From: the human T2T-CHM13v2.0 reference genome, Homo sapiens
Strand: one strand, 5' to 3'
DNA length: 64,000 nucleotides
Assembly (NCBI RefSeq): GCF_009914755.1
Contig: NC_060934.1
Below, in pieces: positions 60,880 to 64,000 of the stretch. The position numbers and the translations under genes are program-made. The notes beneath the pieces are model-generated. The model had not been told where the DNA came from. It did no database searches and saw nothing but the letters and a program-made list of their open reading frames with translations. Positions within the stretch are counted from its first letter, which is position 1; each line of letters starts with the position of its first letter.

Positions 60880-62050
60880 GAACATTACTCTTGGCCAGCT
60901 CAGGGGAGCATAGTCGGAAATCTTCGGTTGTATTCCTGACTCAGCCTGGGTGCGGAGCGAGCGCGGACAGGAACCGAGATGCAAAGGCGGACGCAACCAG
61001 CGCACCCGCAGACGGCGCGCGGCAAGAACCAGCTTCTAGCCCTGAGCCTGCGGTGCCGGGCGGGCTCAGGAGGCTAGTGGGTGGTTATTTGTGATCACTG
61101 GGACATCAGGATGAAGGGGTCACTCCAATCCCTTGGAGATCAGATTCTCGGGGACTCCATGGCCAGACCCGAACGGCGCCCTTCACATGGTGGGTGGAGA
61201 GGGTACTCCTTGGCCGAATTGACCCCTCCCTGTCCCGCAGGGTCAGCCCCGCGCCCACCCACACATCCAGTCTCCGGGAACAAAACTCTGTCTGGATCTA
61301 CACTGACCCGTTGACGCGCTTTCCCAAAGGAGGAACGACACCAACAAAAGCAGAATCGCTCGTGGGAGATTTTCCACCAAGAACTGTTACCTCCCTCCCC
61401 GTGTAATCGGTTTCCACTCAAAAGGATGCGGAAAGGACCTCATCCTCTGCTGTCCCTTTCGATTGGCCCGGGACTGGGCGAAGCCGGGAGCTGCAGGGAG
61501 GGGAGCCCCGGCACCCCAGCCTCTGCCCAACCTCCCCCAGCACGGCGGCCCTCGGCCCTCGTCACCAATTCCTAGGCAGAAAAGCGCGCGGCCGGAGCGC
61601 GCAAGTCTTGGCGTCCGGAAACAAGTGTTTTCCGCTCAGTCATGGCGGCTTCGCCAGTCGAACAGAGCGAAAGGGCTCTGGGCGACCCTGCGACTTCCAC
61701 CAGACCGCGAGCCCGGAGCACCGGCGGAGGGTGGCCAAACGCGGGCCTAGGGCTCCCCCCGCGCTTCCGGGCGCGCCGGGAACTGCAGCTGGTGCGCCAC
61801 TGCCTTCCCCGCGCGGTGCCCAAGAGCGCCAGTAGAAGGAGGAGGTCGGCACACCTGCTGTTCCTGCTTCCTTCCCAGGAGGCCGATTCTCTCCATCCCA
61901 ACTCGCTCCGTGGCTCCTGCTTGCTCCTGTTCCCCCTCCCGACTCCCCGGGTAACAGTCGACCTTAGGGTCACAGCAGGGTGGGTACTAACTAGCACACA
62001 GTTAGCGTGGACTCTGACAATCCAGGGCTCATAGGATCACGTTTCCAAAA
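60880..62050. promoter_or_regulatory. CpG island 2, promoter-like
   Basis: Dense CpG; CCAAT boxes on opposite strands (attgg 61462, ccaat 61565); ccggaa ETS-like site near 61615. Confidence 0.75.
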
Positions 62051-63194
62051 GCGCCGAGGAAAGGAACTTCCCTTGACTATGCCCAGAAGGATCAACTTAC
62101 TGTGTGTTTGCGATCAATCATAGCAAAGCTGCCTTATGTAACCTAAGCACGTCCTTGCCTTTGTTTTTGTTTTTTGTTTTTTTTCATGCCTTGACAAGTC
62201 AAAGAAACAAGATTTGTAGTACTGTGTAGACTAACAACTGTTTCTCTTCTACAAGATAATTAATATATTTTATTTATTTTCTCTTCTAAAATAGTGAAAA
62301 TAACCTTGGTTTAATACACATAATAAAGTACATTTTAATACTAATTGATGGATTAAATTTACAGGACAGTACATAGTATTGAATTTCCACTTATAACCTG
62401 CTTTTGTTATAAAAATAATGAAACTCATTTTCTTAGATATAAATATATATACACACACATATATATATAAACTTATAGAAACAATAAGCTTCAAATTCAC
62501 AGTACATGGCAAATATAGTCAATAGTTCTAGTGTAAGTCAAAAGAAAAATAATGTCCTTACTCTCTCTCTCTCAAAAACTGTGTCAGAATTCAACAGAGC
62601 AATTGATTAGAAACCATACTCAACATATTTATTCACAAGTAGTAGTAAACTCAGAAAAAAATGTATTGGTAGCTTAATAATTTATATTTCCTATAAATCT
62701 CATTTCTTACAACAACTTTTAAAAAGTGCCTTGACAAGCCAAGTATGTTCTTGAATATTTGAACAGATTGTCTTAAAATGTAGATGTTTTTTTCTGCCAT
62801 CATCAGTGATTGTCATAGCAAACAGATGCAAATAGCATCTGCTTCCATGGCAGATGCCAGGATGGTACTAGCATCCTTAAAATGTCCACAGAGTCTGTCT
62901 GGACAGTGATTAGCATTTTGTGGGCCCACTCGTGCTGTGTCAAGCTCTGCAGCAGTAGTAGAGATACTGTTAAACAACCCGATGTTTTATGATTACTAAT
63001 TATGGCAACAGTACTAAAATATAACAATGATCTTAATGATATGCCTCTTCAAATTATATTTAAACATTTCCCAATTACCCTTACACTAACTATAGCCAAT
63101 GAACAAGTTAAGAAAATTTAGGAGGAATAGATAAAAAGATGTACATTTTTAATTGTTTGTCCCATTCCTTCAGTTGTATTTGTCAGAAATACTA

Positions 63195-63408
63195 TAACTA
63201 ACATTTATTGACTATTTCTTGTTTGTTTAGTTCTACATGAAACTTTTTATGCACATGGCCACATTATTTCCTAACAACAAATCCGTGAAGTCAGGATGAT
63301 TATCCCCATTTGTAAATAAGGAAACTGAAGCTTTCAAAGGTTGTAATACTGTGGACAGATTCCAAGAGCTGGAGAGGCAATATGCTGATCTAAGTCTGGA
63401 GTTCAGGA
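63195..63408 (-). mobile_element. MIR
   Basis: taacatttattga...attatccccatttgtaaataaggaaactgaagct. Confidence 0.85.
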
Positions 63409-63414
63409 TGTGAT

Positions 63415-63901
63415 TGTGATAAACAAAATAATGGTCTCTCAAAGACATCTACATCTTAATCCCTGGGACCCGTGAATTTTTAAAGTTATATTGGCAAAAA
63501 AGAATCAAGGTTGCCAATAGAATTAAGATTCCCAATCAGCTGACCTTAAAATAGGGAGATTATCCTAGATTATTGGAGCAGGCCTAAAATCTGGAAAAGA
63601 GAGGCAGAAGAGGAGGTCAGAATGATGCTGTGTGGTAAGGAATCAACCTAGTATTGATATCTCTGGGTTTGAAGATGGAGGAAAGGGGCATGCATGGGCC
63701 AGGAAACGTGGGTGGCCTCTAGAAGCTAGAAAAGGGCAAGGAAACAGATTCACCCTAAGAGAAGGTCAGCACCTTGTGGACAATATCAACCCAGTGAGAT
63801 CTGTGTCACACTTCTGATCTACAGACTAAGATAAAGTATGTGTGGTGTAAAGCCATTACATTTGTGATAATTTGTCACAGCAGGATTAGGAAAGTAATAC
63901 A
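63415..63901 (+). mobile_element. MLT1D-like MaLR solo LTR
   Basis: tgtgataaacaaaataatgg...aatcagctgaccttaaaatagggagattatcc...ggaaagtaataca; TSD (g/c)tgat. Confidence 0.85.
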
Positions 63902-64000
63902 CTGATGCAGATCTTTTTGAGTCAGAAACCGCATTTTAACCTCTGTACTTTTCAGTCAGTGATCAACCTCTGAATAAGAAGAAGGTTATCTACAAAGACC

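Noticed and set aside
58169-62034. Overlapping ORFs in the CpG islands
   Set aside because: Expected from stop-codon scarcity in GC-rich DNA; Arg/Pro/Gly-rich, no cadherin or other recognisable domain.

Overview
Primate, almost certainly human, AT-rich repeat-dense genomic DNA with no conventional multi-exon coding gene visible. Main contents: (1) an old ~3.7 kb nuclear mitochondrial insertion (NUMT, ~27452-31142, + strand) running control region - tRNA-Phe - 12S - tRNA-Val - most of 16S. It has since acquired an AluY-like insertion and a (TA)22 microsatellite, and carries an intact 24-codon humanin-like ORF ([24 protein letters not shown], 30306-30380) that I recognise as humanin-like 5 (MTRNR2L5). 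(2) A full-length L1PA2-like LINE-1 (32281-38313, 15-bp TSD) with an uninterrupted 1275-aa ORF2 but a single nonsense codon in ORF1. (3) A twin-primed (5'-inverted) L1PA3/4-like copy. (4) Many Alus, MaLR/ERV LTRs, DNA transposons, MIRs and L2s. (5) Two CpG islands (~58.0-59.15 kb and ~60.9-62.05 kb). From memory MTRNR2L5 lies at 10q21.1 near the distal 5' end of PCDH15, so the first island is probably that distal minus-strand promoter (inference, not verified). The most unusual signals are the ancestral-type mitochondrial control region with a CpG-intact ACGTTCACGCA array absent from human mtDNA, a 32-bp templated copy at the NUMT junction, two long near-perfect hairpins in unique DNA (11752-11858, 38805-38893), and an L1 antisense promoter aimed at the NUMT. 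I see no solid evidence for a wholly new biological system; the composite ideas are hypotheses. Repeat subfamily calls are by eye and tentative.
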